From Elusimicrobiota bacterium (lineage in GTDB: Bacteria; Elusimicrobiota; Elusimicrobia; UBA1565; UBA9628): DNA of 64,000 nucleotides. Below the pieces are notes generated by a model. The model was not told where the DNA came from. It saw only the letters and a program-made list of their open reading frames with translations, and did no database searches. Numbering within the stretch: the first letter of the stretch is position 1; each line of letters opens with the position of its first letter. Shown piece after piece: positions 47,173-57,020 of the stretch. The translations under genes were made by a program, and so were the position numbers. The DNA is taken from positions 14,153 to 78,152 of the forward strand of contig JANPGH010000114.1 in the NCBI GenBank assembly GCA_031423795.1, read 5' to 3'.

Positions 47173-49062
47173 TTATTTCGCGTTGGGAAGATCGAGTATG
47201 CGGACCGCGGGGAACGCGCCATATATGAGCTCGGTGTTATACCGCTCGTCGAGGATGAAGTCTCTTCTTTGCACGGGTAGCGGCAAGTCTATCCGGCGCG
47301 CGCCGAGGACCGGGAATAGGGAGGAGTAATCCTCGAACCGACCGTCGCCGACGGCGATATCACCGGTCGCAAAAATAAGGCGGCCCACCCGCCTGGCCGA
47401 TTCCCGGGCGACGATGGCGTTTAAAAACGAATCGGGACCGCGCAGGTAATCCCGCGGAACTCCGAAGGACGCCGAGTGGCGGTAGACGTGCACGTCGGCG
47501 TTGTAGGCCTGGAGGGCGCCGAAATAAGTCTCAGGCTTGGTGATGTCGCCTCGAATGTAGACCATTTCCCTCTGGCTTACTTCATATTCGGTTGGATGTC
47601 GCCAAGGAAAACGGATGACGATAGCGCCGGGAACGAGGGCGCTGTACTCAACATCGACTTGGTCTAACGCTACGCCCATCCCGTCGAGTTCGGCTCGTAG
47701 GGCCAATGCGAAGGGAGTTTGATCAATTTGGCCGGAAGTAACCCAGCCGTACCTGGATTTAAAGCCCATGTAATGAATCGTAGACTGGAAAGCGGGAAAA
47801 CTAAGGCGGGAATTTAAGACTTCTAAAATGACCTCGGGATCCCACGGGCGTTCGTCCATCGTCACGGCGAACATCCGGAACGGATTGACGCTGAGAAAAG
47901 GCCGGACGACGTCATTGCCGGCCGCACCTTCGAGGAGGGTTACAGGCGAATTCTGGGGGTTTATGTGTTCATGAAGGGCGAGGTCATAGTGTTGGAACTT
48001 CGAATCGAGCAAATCTGAGCTGATTTTGACGGGAGCCGGTCGATATATTGTCTTCTGCATGGCCATGACCATGGGCGCATAGCGAACCGCGGCTTCGCCG
48101 AGAAAATCCACGCGCATGGACGTCGCGCCCAGCGTATATCCGATATGCCTGGTCGGATCATCTTTCGTCCCGAGGTATTGATAGAAATCGTCGATATAAG
48201 AATGAACGCCCCTGAATGGCCACGACTCCGTATGCTGGGCCGGATGATTTGAAAAAGTGACGATCATCTGGCCGCCGATTTTAAGCAACGAGCTCGCCGC
48301 GCCTAAGACGCTTTTATCGCCGCTTGAGTCGGCGACGATTAGATCGAAGCTTTCGGCCAGTAAATCTCCAAATGAAGTCGTTTCTCGGCTGTCTGGATGG
48401 AGCGTAAACCCGCCGTTGATGAGTGCCCTCTCCAAACCGAGCTGAATGGAGGAACGTCCATCGGTGAGGTATAAGGCGCGAATTTCTAAAGGAGCGCCCC
48501 CCCAGTCGAGATACTGGGCTAATGTGGGGCGGTGATCAGTCAGGGGCTCTCCGCTCGGCACGCCGTCAGAAGGTGTCTCGATCACGTGAAGGGGGCGCAG
48601 GAGGGGAAAAAGGGACCGAATCGATCGGGGAACGGCCGGCATGCCGTTAGAAGTTTTTAACGCGTCTAAGGCGTTCGTGAAGAGCTTGTCGAGTCGTGCG
48701 CGCAGGGAGCCGTCCGACCGGTTCGGCTCGCGGGACCGGATTTCTTCTATCGTGTCGACCGTCAGCGCGAGTTCGGCGAGGCGGGAAAGACGCGGATCTT
48801 CGCTGGCCTGCGGGGCCTCCTCGCGCAGGTCGCGAACCGCGGGTTGTTCTTGCGCGGTCAGTGATACCGCCGATCCAGGCAAGACGATCGGCGCGGAAAG
48901 GAGCGGAGGCGCTATTTGGACGGCCTTCATCGGGACGATCGTAAGCCCGGCGGCAAGGCGGGAAACGGGCAAGATCGGGAGCTGCGGGCGACTCGCGCGG
49001 TTCTCACTCATGACCGCGGAACAGTTTCGCGCCAAAAGGATGAATATGAGTGAGGGGATCAC
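47173..49062 (-). CDS. Hypothetical protein with a class I SAM-dependent methyltransferase-like core
   Basis: FDLIVADSS (motif II-like) and LLKIGGQMIVTFSN (motif III-like). 629 aa, remainder unassigned. Confidence 0.45.
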   Translation of the reverse strand: MIPSLIFILLARNCSAVMSENRASRPQLPILPVSRLAAGLTIVPMKAVQIAPPLLSAPIVLPGSAVSLTAQEQPAVRDLREEAPQASEDPRLSRLAELALTVDTIEEIRSREPNRSDGSLRARLDKLFTNALDALKTSNGMPAVPRSIRSLFPLLRPLHVIETPSDGVPSGEPLTDHRPTLAQYLDWGGAPLEIRALYLTDGRSSIQLGLERALINGGFTLHPDSRETTSFGDLLAESFDLIVADSSGDKSVLGAASSLLKIGGQMIVTFSNHPAQHTESWPFRGVHSYIDDFYQYLGTKDDPTRHIGYTLGATSMRVDFLGEAAVRYAPMVMAMQKTIYRPAPVKISSDLLDSKFQHYDLALHEHINPQNSPVTLLEGAAGNDVVRPFLSVNPFRMFAVTMDERPWDPEVILEVLNSRLSFPAFQSTIHYMGFKSRYGWVTSGQIDQTPFALALRAELDGMGVALDQVDVEYSALVPGAIVIRFPWRHPTEYEVSQREMVYIRGDITKPETYFGALQAYNADVHVYRHSASFGVPRDYLRGPDSFLNAIVARESARRVGRLIFATGDIAVGDGRFEDYSSLFPVLGARRIDLPLPVQRRDFILDERYNTELIYGAFPAVRILDLPNAK

Positions 49063-49133
49063 GCGTTTATCGTAACAACTGGAAATAAAACGTGCATGAG
49101 GCCAATGTCCTAGGAAGGAGTCCGGAAGGCCTA

Positions 49134-49757
49134 TTAGGCGTTGACGCCTTCGCCGAGGCGGCGCTTTAGGTCCGCGATCAACTGATCGGGGAACTTCTGG
49201 TCCTCAAGCTGCGACCAGATCCATGTCGCGTGAGACGACGATGGGGCCACGAAGAGCTGATTCATGGGTCGGACGAAATTCTCGTAAAGGCGCAGAATTT
49301 CGTCCAGTTCGACTCTACGCTCAGCGCAGTCGCGGCGAATTCGACGCATCAGGCGGACGTCGTCGGGAACCTCGATGAAAATGGAGAGCGACATACGGTC
49401 ACGCAGGGATTTTTCATGCAAGATCAGGAGGCCATCGATGATCAGTAAAGGCTTCGGATCGATGCGGCGGGTGCGCTCAAGACGCGTATGAGTCGCGTAA
49501 TCGTAAATCGGCGCGTCCACGCCGCGGCCGGCGGCCAGTTCGTCGAGATCGCGGCACATCCGCGCGGTTTCAAGAGCGTCGGGGTGGTCGAAGTTCAGCT
49601 TACGGCGTTCGGCCTCGTCTCGGATATGGTCGTTGTTCTTGTAGTACCAGTCGTGACAGATGACCGTCGCGCTGTCGGGAAAGGCTGCGGCCAGGACCTG
49701 GGCAAGCCGCGATTTTCCACAACCGCTACCTCCAGCGATACCTATGGTTAGGCTCAT
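49134..49757 (-). CDS. udk: Uridine kinase
   Basis: IGIAGGSGCGKS P-loop and LLIIDGLLIL..., the Udk family. Confidence 0.88.
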   Translation of the reverse strand: MSLTIGIAGGSGCGKSRLAQVLAAAFPDSATVICHDWYYKNNDHIRDEAERRKLNFDHPDALETARMCRDLDELAAGRGVDAPIYDYATHTRLERTRRIDPKPLLIIDGLLILHEKSLRDRMSLSIFIEVPDDVRLMRRIRRDCAERRVELDEILRLYENFVRPMNQLFVAPSSSHATWIWSQLEDQKFPDQLIADLKRRLGEGVNA

Positions 49758-49783
49758 TTCGTCGATTATATCCGATCAAGTAT

Positions 49784-51150
49784 TAGCAGGCTGCTGAAAA
49801 ACCCATTGCGCAGCGGATCAAGTTGGTCGTGATTAAGGGAAAATGTTGTCGGTCTAGATTTTAACAGCCGTCCTGCCCGAATTACGTCTAAACGGCGGCT
49901 TGTAGTGTTGCGATTCGCTTAAGATTGAGCACCCAACCGATCATGTACGCTTCCTGACGAACATTCTCGAGCTGTCTTCGAGCGAAGCGTCGCAGTCCGT
50001 GTAATTCCTTTCCCTCGCCCCACAGCTCTTCTATCTTCTTGCGCGCTCGCTGACTCAGCTGAAAACCAAGCCCCCGACATCTTCATCGGAATTCGCTTCA
50101 AAGCCTCGTCACGCCCCCTCTCCATCGTCGCCAAGTGCGGAGCAATTTTCCGGTCGAGCAATCTCTGCGCAAACGTCTTTTCGAAATAACCTTTGTCGGC
50201 CCCTAAACTTGTCGGTTTTATCTTGTAGCGCGATTGAGCGCGGTCCAGCAGGGCAACGGCTCCGTCCCTCTCAGCTTTGCCTGTGAATAACTCTACCCCG
50301 ATTCCCGTCAGTATCCGATTGCGATTCTCCATCGTGCCGTTGACGACGTAAGACGGTACTGCGGCGGTTTTGTTCGACTTCGTCGCCAAACGCGAATCAG
50401 GATCACTCGTCGATCGATGCGTCGCATTCGTACGCTTCTCCCCATGCCAGCCCACGCTCGGGTTTCCCTTGTCGTCATCAGCTGGTTGAGGCTTCTCGAT
50501 TTTGTTTTTCTTCTTGCCTGAGACCGTTTCTCGATACTGCTCCGGGCTTTGGTAGACCTCGATTGGCGCCAAGCTCTTCAAGCTTGCGTTGGCGCGAACC
50601 GGCGTCCCGTGCACGGACCAATGCACGCTCACCCAGCCCTTCGATTTTGCATGCAACACCGTGTCGTCAAAAAGCTTCTCAAAGATTCCAGATTCATCAA
50701 ATCTATTCTCCCGGTTTTTTGAGAACGTCGAAGGGTCCCAGACCGGCGAGTCGATATCCAGACCTGCGAACCACCGAAATGCCATGTCGCACGTCAGCTG
50801 CCGGATGATAAGCCGGTCTGACCGACAGCCCAGCAGATAGCCGCCGAGCATTGCCAAGAAAATCTGCTCCGGTGGGATGCTCGGGCGACCATTGTCGGCG
50901 CTATAAAAGTCGGCGCACAGCTCACGGATGCGCGCCGTATCGATCAGCGGACGGATGCGGCGCAACGGGTGATCATCCGGAACGAGATCTTCCAGTTGAA
51001 CCGTGTGGAAAATGTGCTTCTGCCCATCGGAGCTTCCCATCATTCCGGCCTCCGTTCGCTCGTTCGTGTTCCGTCAAACGATTTTACGAACTTCGCGCTG
51101 ACATCTTCCCTGCGCAATAGCGCGCAAGGGGTTTTTCAGCAGCCTGCTAG
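49784..51150 (-). mobile_element. Complete insertion sequence, IS5/IS1182 superfamily, ~1367 bp, with 28-bp terminal inverted repeats
   Basis: Left end TAGCAGGCTGCTGAAAAACCCATTGCGC (49784-49811). Right end, reverse complement TAGCAGGCTGCTGAAAAACCCCTTGCGC (51123-51150), 27/28 match. The repeats enclose a single transposase ORF. Confidence 0.8.
49919..51043 (-). CDS. IS5/IS1182-family DDE transposase
   Basis: N-terminal InsH-type domain (DDHPLRRIRPLID...LAMLGGYLLGCRSDRLIIRQLTCDMAFRWFAGLD) plus a DDE region. Lies inside the TIR-bounded element. Confidence 0.8.
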   Translation of the reverse strand: MMGSSDGQKHIFHTVQLEDLVPDDHPLRRIRPLIDTARIRELCADFYSADNGRPSIPPEQIFLAMLGGYLLGCRSDRLIIRQLTCDMAFRWFAGLDIDSPVWDPSTFSKNRENRFDESGIFEKLFDDTVLHAKSKGWVSVHWSVHGTPVRANASLKSLAPIEVYQSPEQYRETVSGKKKNKIEKPQPADDDKGNPSVGWHGEKRTNATHRSTSDPDSRLATKSNKTAAVPSYVVNGTMENRNRILTGIGVELFTGKAERDGAVALLDRAQSRYKIKPTSLGADKGYFEKTFAQRLLDRKIAPHLATMERGRDEALKRIPMKMSGAWFSAESASAQEDRRAVGRGKGITRTATLRSKTARECSSGSVHDRLGAQS

Positions 51151-51177
51151 CTCCACACGATACGGTACAATCGCCAT

Positions 51178-51927
51178 ATGGCACGACTTGCGGCTCACGC
51201 GGGAACGCTTATCTTTCGCGTCCAGGGCCAACGCCTTTTGGCGGGATTCCACCGCCCGTCTGGTCCCGAGGGAAAACGCTTCCCGACGGTTCTTTTTTTG
51301 CACGGATTTCCGGGATCCGAGAAGAGCATCGACGTCCAACGCACATTGTTGGCGCGAGGTATCGCCTCGGTCGCGCCGAGTTTTTTGGGCTCCTGGGGAA
51401 GCGGCGGAGTTTATCGCTTCAGTACGTTAGTCGCACAGGCGCAGGCGGCGTTGCGGGCCACACGGAAACTCTATTTCGTCGATCCCGGTCGTATCGCGGT
51501 CTATGGCTTCAGCATGGGCGGATGGACGGCGCTCAATTTGGCCGCCTCAATTGCAAAGATCCGTGGCGTCGTTGCGGTCGCGCCTTGTGGGGGACCGGAG
51601 ATGATTTCCTCGTCGACGAGCGCTTTCCTGGCGCACTTGTCGCGGCCGCTGAACGTGCCCCCGCTGCCCCAGCTGCGGACCGATTTCGTTCGGGCGCTCG
51701 AGCGTTTCGACCCCGCGCACGCCGTTCCTCGGATTAAGGCGCCGCTACTCATCGTTCACGGGGATCGCGACGAAACCATCCCCTTGTCCATCAGCCGCCG
51801 ATTGGAGTCGCTGGCGCCACAAGGAGCCCGGCTGGTGGTGGTCCACGGCGCGGACCACGGTTTTCTCGAACAACGCGCCCAGCTCGTGCGTTTGACGGCG
51901 AATTTCCTCGAATTGAAGTTGAAATAA
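51178..51927 (+). CDS. Alpha/beta hydrolase (dienelactone hydrolase/prolyl-oligopeptidase-like fold)
   Basis: LFLHGFPGSEKS..., GFSMGGWTA (GxSxG), HGDRDETIP. Confidence 0.7.
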   Translation: MARLAAHAGTLIFRVQGQRLLAGFHRPSGPEGKRFPTVLFLHGFPGSEKSIDVQRTLLARGIASVAPSFLGSWGSGGVYRFSTLVAQAQAALRATRKLYFVDPGRIAVYGFSMGGWTALNLAASIAKIRGVVAVAPCGGPEMISSSTSAFLAHLSRPLNVPPLPQLRTDFVRALERFDPAHAVPRIKAPLLIVHGDRDETIPLSISRRLESLAPQGARLVVVHGADHGFLEQRAQLVRLTANFLELKLK

Positions 51928-51928
51928 T

Positions 51929-52549
51929 TCAGCGCGTGCCGATCGGCCGGAAGGAGCGCAGGAAGCGGACGAAATCCTCGCGGAAATCCAAGTAATTGGA
52001 CCGCGCCGTGACGAGGCGAATAAGGAAGTAGTCGGTTCCTCGGGGAATGACTGCGACGTATTGATGGAGGGAGACCTGAGAGCTTGGCCCGAAGTCGACG
52101 GGAAGTCGCCGCGCTTCCACGATCTCGAACACACGCGCAAGTCCCACCGGCAGACGCAGAGGACGGACCGCCGACACCTCGCGGCCCGACCGAGATTGAC
52201 GCATGGCCTCCACCGCGTCCTTGGCGGACATGAAATTGGGGGTATCCCGGTCGATGAGGCGCACCGAGATCGTGGCACGCAAGGCACCGGACGGATCGTC
52301 GGGTCCAAACGCGCGGACAACGGGGCCGAGCGCATCTTCTTCTTCATATGCGTTCCAACCCTCGGACGGGAGGTCGGCGCGGAACAATCGCGATGGGGGC
52401 TCATAAGGAACCCAATCCGTCGCCGGAACGGCCGTGGTCGCTTGACCCGGATTTGAGGCAGCGGCGGCCGCGCGCGTAGAGTCGAGCAGCCAATCCGCGT
52501 GGAGGGGTGTGGCGGCCAGCAGAACGAACAAAATAGGGCTAGCGCGCAT
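51929..52549 (-). CDS. Hypothetical secreted protein
   Basis: Signal peptide MRASPILFVLLAATPLHA. No recognisable motif. Confidence 0.45.
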   Translation of the reverse strand: MRASPILFVLLAATPLHADWLLDSTRAAAAASNPGQATTAVPATDWVPYEPPSRLFRADLPSEGWNAYEEEDALGPVVRAFGPDDPSGALRATISVRLIDRDTPNFMSAKDAVEAMRQSRSGREVSAVRPLRLPVGLARVFEIVEARRLPVDFGPSSQVSLHQYVAVIPRGTDYFLIRLVTARSNYLDFREDFVRFLRSFRPIGTR

Positions 52550-54401
52550 GGCTGTCGCCTTCTCTTTTCGATTCGCGCCAAGCGCGCTCAACGCGCGCGG
52601 CCTCGGCGGCGATGAGGCCCGACCGGCGTAGGCCCTCGGCGCGATCTGTGGACGATGTCGCGCACGCCGGAGGAGAGCTTGTCAGGCGCGCGCGGGCCGT
52701 CGCTTCCTCGGCCTCTGCGATTTTGGCTGATTCTTTAGCGCTGTTCGGATCGATAAGTTTCACCTCGATCAGGGTTTCCAATATTCCGACTCGGCGCGCG
52801 CGGCGCCGTGCCGCTTCCACCAATGAAGCGACCAAGGCTTCGCGCGAACAGTCGGAGTCCTGACGCTGGTTTCGCGCGCGTTCGGCCAGCGGCGGACCAC
52901 GGCGCGGGTCGTATATCTGGACTCGTGATCCGGCCCACGATGCGATGGTAAGATCATCTTCTTCCGCCGAACGGTCTCGCCAGCCGCCCAGTTCGGTCCT
53001 TCGGTCGGGGTCAAGAAACGCGACTTGACCGAATTCTTCCTGTAAGCGCGCTGAAAAAAGAAGGCGTGCCGTTCGTGCCCATCGCCGTGCAGCGTAAGGC
53101 GAGGAATTAAATCCCTCCTGGGCCAATCCCAGCAAGAGGATTTGTTCGAGAAGTTCGCCGGCCTGTTCGAAGGTCGAATAAGTTCCGCGTCGGCTCGCGT
53201 CGGGGTAGACTCGAACGGAACCCCAGGGCCCGTTCTCGACGGAGGACGGGGTTTTTTCGGTCGCAAAGGCGTCAAGATCGGGCCGGGCGACGCCGAGTTC
53301 CGACCAAGCTTGCAGCGACTCCGGAAGGAGGGTGTCGGAGCGTTCGGCGAAAAGGCCTTTTTTAACGGAGACCATGACGGGACCAGGACTCAATGTGATG
53401 GTGGGCGGCGTTAGGGGATTGGCGACGTCGTGGACGAGGCCCGCGCGCAAGCTGGCTCCGGTGCGCGAACCGTCGAACACGATTTGAGGAATCAGTCCCA
53501 CGACAGTGCGGTGTAAAAGCGGCAGGCAGAAGTCGGGAGCGCGTTTGCCGATCAATTCCAAGAGGGCGCGACCTTCCTTTGAATAAGGCCCATTGGCGAC
53601 GAATTCTTCGTAGTCGGCGGCCGTAAGGACGGCTGGCGCAGGCGGCTGGGGAGCGGGGGTAATCGCCGTAGTAGTGGCGATGGCCGGTACGACGGGTGGG
53701 GTTACCACTGCGACCGTCGCGACGGCAATGGTCGCGGGAGACGGGGGAGGAGCGGTCACAGCGGCGGCCGACGAAACGACTGGAGGAGTCCAAGGCCTGA
53801 AAACACCCAACTCGGGTGTCGAGAGGGTTGGAAGCCATGGTTTTACGGTTGCGGGGACCACCGGCAGAGCGGTGGGCGGCGGTGCTGCGGTGGGCGAATC
53901 GATCGCAGGATCCGTCATCAAGACGGCGCTCATCTTTTCGAATCGCGGGGGAATTCTATCCAGGGACTCCAATTCCTGCAGCGAAAAATAAGGGCGGAAA
54001 TCACGACGGGGAACAATTCCAAAAACGATCCAATTCTGCCGCACCAATTCGCGCACAGCCTCTTTGTCCTGCGGCGTCAGATTTTTTTCGGAGTCGTAAC
54101 GCGTGATGACGGCGTTGATTTGCAGAAGCGCGCGCAAGCGGCGCGCGCTCGCGAGTCGGGAGAGGAGGAACGGCATGTCGTCGCGCGCTACCGCAGATTC
54201 GTTGATCTTGTCCCAGACCCGACCGTCCTCATTAAGCGCGTACCCGTTGCCAGTCAATAATTCCCGGGACAAGTCGTCCAAGGGCGCAATTTTGGCGTCA
54301 TAGGCCGGGGAGATATAAGCAGCCGCGCGAGGGGCCCCGGGCGTGGCCAGAAGGGCGCAAACGGCGATCACCACACAGGTCATCATTTGCCTTGAAAGCA
54401 T
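52539..54401 (-). CDS. Hypothetical secreted protein with a Pro/Thr/Ala/Val-rich linker
   Basis: Signal peptide; a central low-complexity PT/AV-rich segment. 620 aa. Confidence 0.5.
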   Translation of the reverse strand: MLSRQMMTCVVIAVCALLATPGAPRAAAYISPAYDAKIAPLDDLSRELLTGNGYALNEDGRVWDKINESAVARDDMPFLLSRLASARRLRALLQINAVITRYDSEKNLTPQDKEAVRELVRQNWIVFGIVPRRDFRPYFSLQELESLDRIPPRFEKMSAVLMTDPAIDSPTAAPPPTALPVVPATVKPWLPTLSTPELGVFRPWTPPVVSSAAAVTAPPPSPATIAVATVAVVTPPVVPAIATTTAITPAPQPPAPAVLTAADYEEFVANGPYSKEGRALLELIGKRAPDFCLPLLHRTVVGLIPQIVFDGSRTGASLRAGLVHDVANPLTPPTITLSPGPVMVSVKKGLFAERSDTLLPESLQAWSELGVARPDLDAFATEKTPSSVENGPWGSVRVYPDASRRGTYSTFEQAGELLEQILLLGLAQEGFNSSPYAARRWARTARLLFSARLQEEFGQVAFLDPDRRTELGGWRDRSAEEDDLTIASWAGSRVQIYDPRRGPPLAERARNQRQDSDCSREALVASLVEAARRRARRVGILETLIEVKLIDPNSAKESAKIAEAEEATARARLTSSPPACATSSTDRAEGLRRSGLIAAEAARVERAWRESKREGDSHAR

Positions 54402-54406
54402 AAGAC

Positions 54407-55960
54407 GTGGCGATTATACATTTGTTGCTCCGGGACGTCCCGAAAAGGCATTATGCCCCCGCACATATGAAAGGGCTCCTGACGCACTGGTTTCCAGGCG
54501 GTTCTCGCCTCACCGCCCTCGATTTTTTTGTTTTCGGACTTTTACTCATCGGCATGGCCATTTTGGGACACATGGTCGGTAATCGGGTCGAGGATTCGGA
54601 AACATACGTCCGTGGCAACCGTAAAATCTCATGGTGGGCGGCCGGAATCGCATTGGTTGCGGCCGAGGTGAGTGCCTTGACGGTAGTCGGGTTGCCCGCC
54701 GCGTCGTTTCATGGGGACTGGGCCTATTTCCAATTTTTCGTGGGTGCTACGATCGCCCGAGCATTCGTGGCGGTGACGGTTGTTCCGCTTTTGTTCAAAA
54801 CCGGCGGGATAACGCCTTACGCATGGCTTGAGACTCGATTCGGCCCTTGGACGCGGGTCGCCGGAGCCTGCGCCTTCATCACCACGCGCCTGTGCCTTTC
54901 CGCGGTGCGATTGCTGGCGGCGTGCGTGGCCGCGGGAGCGCTGATGGGTTGGGGGCCGGCTCCGATGCTGGTTCTATTAACCGTGATTGTCTTGGTCGGC
55001 CTGACGCGTGGCGGTGTCGTGGCAGCGGTGTGGACGGGTGTATTCCAGACGGGCATAGTCGTCGGCGTAGGCATACTTAGCATCTTATTCTTCTTCCGGC
55101 GGGTGGATGGCGGGCTGGGAGGAGTTTGGAGCCTGACATCGGCAGCGGATAAACTGCGTATTTTCGACTTGGGTGGCTCGCCGTTGTCATTGCTTTTTTT
55201 CAAGCGATTATTCGGCGATCCCCCGATTTTTTGGGGCGCGCTCATCGCGGGCTTTTTAGGGTCGACCGCTTCTTTTGGAACCGATCATGAAATGACCCAG
55301 AAAATCATGTCGACGCCGGACGTCCGTTCCAGCATCCGAGCGATAGCGGTTTCTTTCGCGGGGTCATTGGCCGTGATCGTGCTTTATTTGAGCGTCGGTA
55401 CGCTGCTGTTTGTTTACTACAAGCAAAATCCGGGGATGGCGCTGCCCTACCGCGTCGATCAAATTTACGCTCATTTCGCCGTAACCGCCATGCCCCGGAT
55501 CATGCGCGGGCTCGTGCTCAGCGCAATCGTTTTGGCGTCGATCGACTTTCCGTTGGCATCACTGTCCACGGTTTTCTCCGTCGACTTGAGGCGGCGACAA
55601 ACACGGGTGCTGACCTCTCCGGCGACCGAGCTGAGCTCGTATCGTCGCGCGGCTGTCGTCTTCGCCCTTTTGATCGCGGCCTTGGCCTTCGTATTCGCGT
55701 CGTCGCCGTCGGCGCTGTCGTCAGGATTTAAATTCGGAGCAGTGTTTGTCGGCCCCATATTAGGAATATTTCTCTTTGGGATAGTGTCTCCTCAGGGTGG
55801 CGACCGCGAGGCGTTGATCGCTTTTCTTAGCGCCGCCGTATTTGACGCGATTCTTCTTACCCTTGCGGAACGGGGCGCTTGGTTTTTTGGGTGGAGTTGG
55901 ATTTTGCCGATAGGAACGTCCGTATCCGCGGGTATGGCGTGGTGGCTGTCGCGGCCGTAG
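54407..55960 (+). CDS. Sodium:solute symporter (SSS) family transporter
   Basis: 13-14 TM helices. SSS-like N-terminus (LTALDFFVFGLLLIGMAILG...GNRKISWWAAGIALVAAEVSALTVVGLPA). An alternative start at ATG 54467 is possible. Confidence 0.75.
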   Translation: MAIIHLLLRDVPKRHYAPAHMKGLLTHWFPGGSRLTALDFFVFGLLLIGMAILGHMVGNRVEDSETYVRGNRKISWWAAGIALVAAEVSALTVVGLPAASFHGDWAYFQFFVGATIARAFVAVTVVPLLFKTGGITPYAWLETRFGPWTRVAGACAFITTRLCLSAVRLLAACVAAGALMGWGPAPMLVLLTVIVLVGLTRGGVVAAVWTGVFQTGIVVGVGILSILFFFRRVDGGLGGVWSLTSAADKLRIFDLGGSPLSLLFFKRLFGDPPIFWGALIAGFLGSTASFGTDHEMTQKIMSTPDVRSSIRAIAVSFAGSLAVIVLYLSVGTLLFVYYKQNPGMALPYRVDQIYAHFAVTAMPRIMRGLVLSAIVLASIDFPLASLSTVFSVDLRRRQTRVLTSPATELSSYRRAAVVFALLIAALAFVFASSPSALSSGFKFGAVFVGPILGIFLFGIVSPQGGDREALIAFLSAAVFDAILLTLAERGAWFFGWSWILPIGTSVSAGMAWWLSRP

Positions 55961-55962
55961 GG

Positions 55963-56487
55963 TTAGTTTGCCGGATTAATAGCGCGTAAGACTTCGGTGT
56001 GGCTTAGCGTCTTTTGCATGAGCAGGGCGCGGACAAGCGCGCGATGAGCAGCCTCATGTGCGTGTAGAATTCCGGAGACATGGGCCGCGGCGTCACGTAA
56101 GAGCATGTCCACGTCGACCGAACGGTCGAGTCGTTGCAAACGACCGGCGACCATTCGAGCGTCGTCCCAGTCGTGACCTACTTTCTCCACGTCGTGGAAC
56201 GTCAGGCGTTGAGCCACTGGCCCGCCCATCGTCGCATAGATTTCCGCACGTAAAAGATCAGCGCGAAGTGGCAGCGGCTGTGTCGTGAGGGCTCGTATCG
56301 TGACCGCGCCGAGAGCGCCCAAGCCCGGGATGATCGTGACGGATTTAAGAGGTAGCAATCTCACCGCCGGATCGTGAATATGCACAATCGTTTCACCCGC
56401 GAAATGGCAGGCTACACGAATCGGGGCGATGTGAGCATGCGCAGAGAAGCCGATTGATATTAGAGCAGAGACCAGAGCCGTTCTCAT
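55963..56487 (-). CDS. Hypothetical protein with a signal peptide
   Basis: MRTALVSALISIGFSAHA signal. His-rich. Unassigned. Confidence 0.45.
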   Translation of the reverse strand: MRTALVSALISIGFSAHAHIAPIRVACHFAGETIVHIHDPAVRLLPLKSVTIIPGLGALGAVTIRALTTQPLPLRADLLRAEIYATMGGPVAQRLTFHDVEKVGHDWDDARMVAGRLQRLDRSVDVDMLLRDAAAHVSGILHAHEAAHRALVRALLMQKTLSHTEVLRAINPAN

Positions 56488-56615
56488 AAGACGAATCTAT
56501 CAATAAGCGCGCCAATCCTTATGGGACTTTGGGGCCAGAAACCGCCATACAATTGGCCCAAGAGAGATGGGGACTTACGACTGTCGGGCGGGATCGAACC
56601 CACACTGAACGTAAT

Positions 56616-57020
56616 TTATTTTTGGTGATTCAAAAGTACTTTGATGCCGGTCGAACCAGGAAACACGAGTCCCGGCGCAGCGCCTTCCAGGTCGCCGGGT
56701 TTCGGTGTCCCGACGTCGCCGTGGGTGTTCATTTCGGCGTGGACGGTCAAAGATTCTCGGCGCCGCAACGAGGGGATAAGGAGGTCTCCGGGACCCAATT
56801 GAAAAACCGCGGGGAATTCGGGATTCACAATGCGGTGCACCGCCACGGGCACACCTCCGGCATTTTTGGCGACGATGAAGAGCATCACGTTTGTTTTGGG
56901 CGCGCGGTCGCGTAAACGAGGAGAGATGTCGACACTCCCGGTCAGACGAAAATCAACGGAGAATAATTCGCAGCCCGAGAAAGTAGCAGCGATCAGCCCG
57001 ATGAGGGCGAGGCGCTTCAT
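56616..57020 (-). CDS. Hypothetical lipoprotein
   Basis: Signal peptide with lipobox (LIGLIAATFSGC). Confidence 0.5.
   Translation of the reverse strand: MKRLALIGLIAATFSGCELFSVDFRLTGSVDISPRLRDRAPKTNVMLFIVAKNAGGVPVAVHRIVNPEFPAVFQLGPGDLLIPSLRRRESLTVHAEMNTHGDVGTPKPGDLEGAAPGLVFPGSTGIKVLLNHQK

Noticed and set aside
56560-56600. Possible complete tRNA or tmRNA gene on the minus strand
   Set aside because: Only a T-arm and 3' acceptor-like strand are present. No 5' acceptor strand, D-arm or anticodon arm can be built. The region 5' of it overlaps a lipoprotein ORF. Kept only as a fragment observation.
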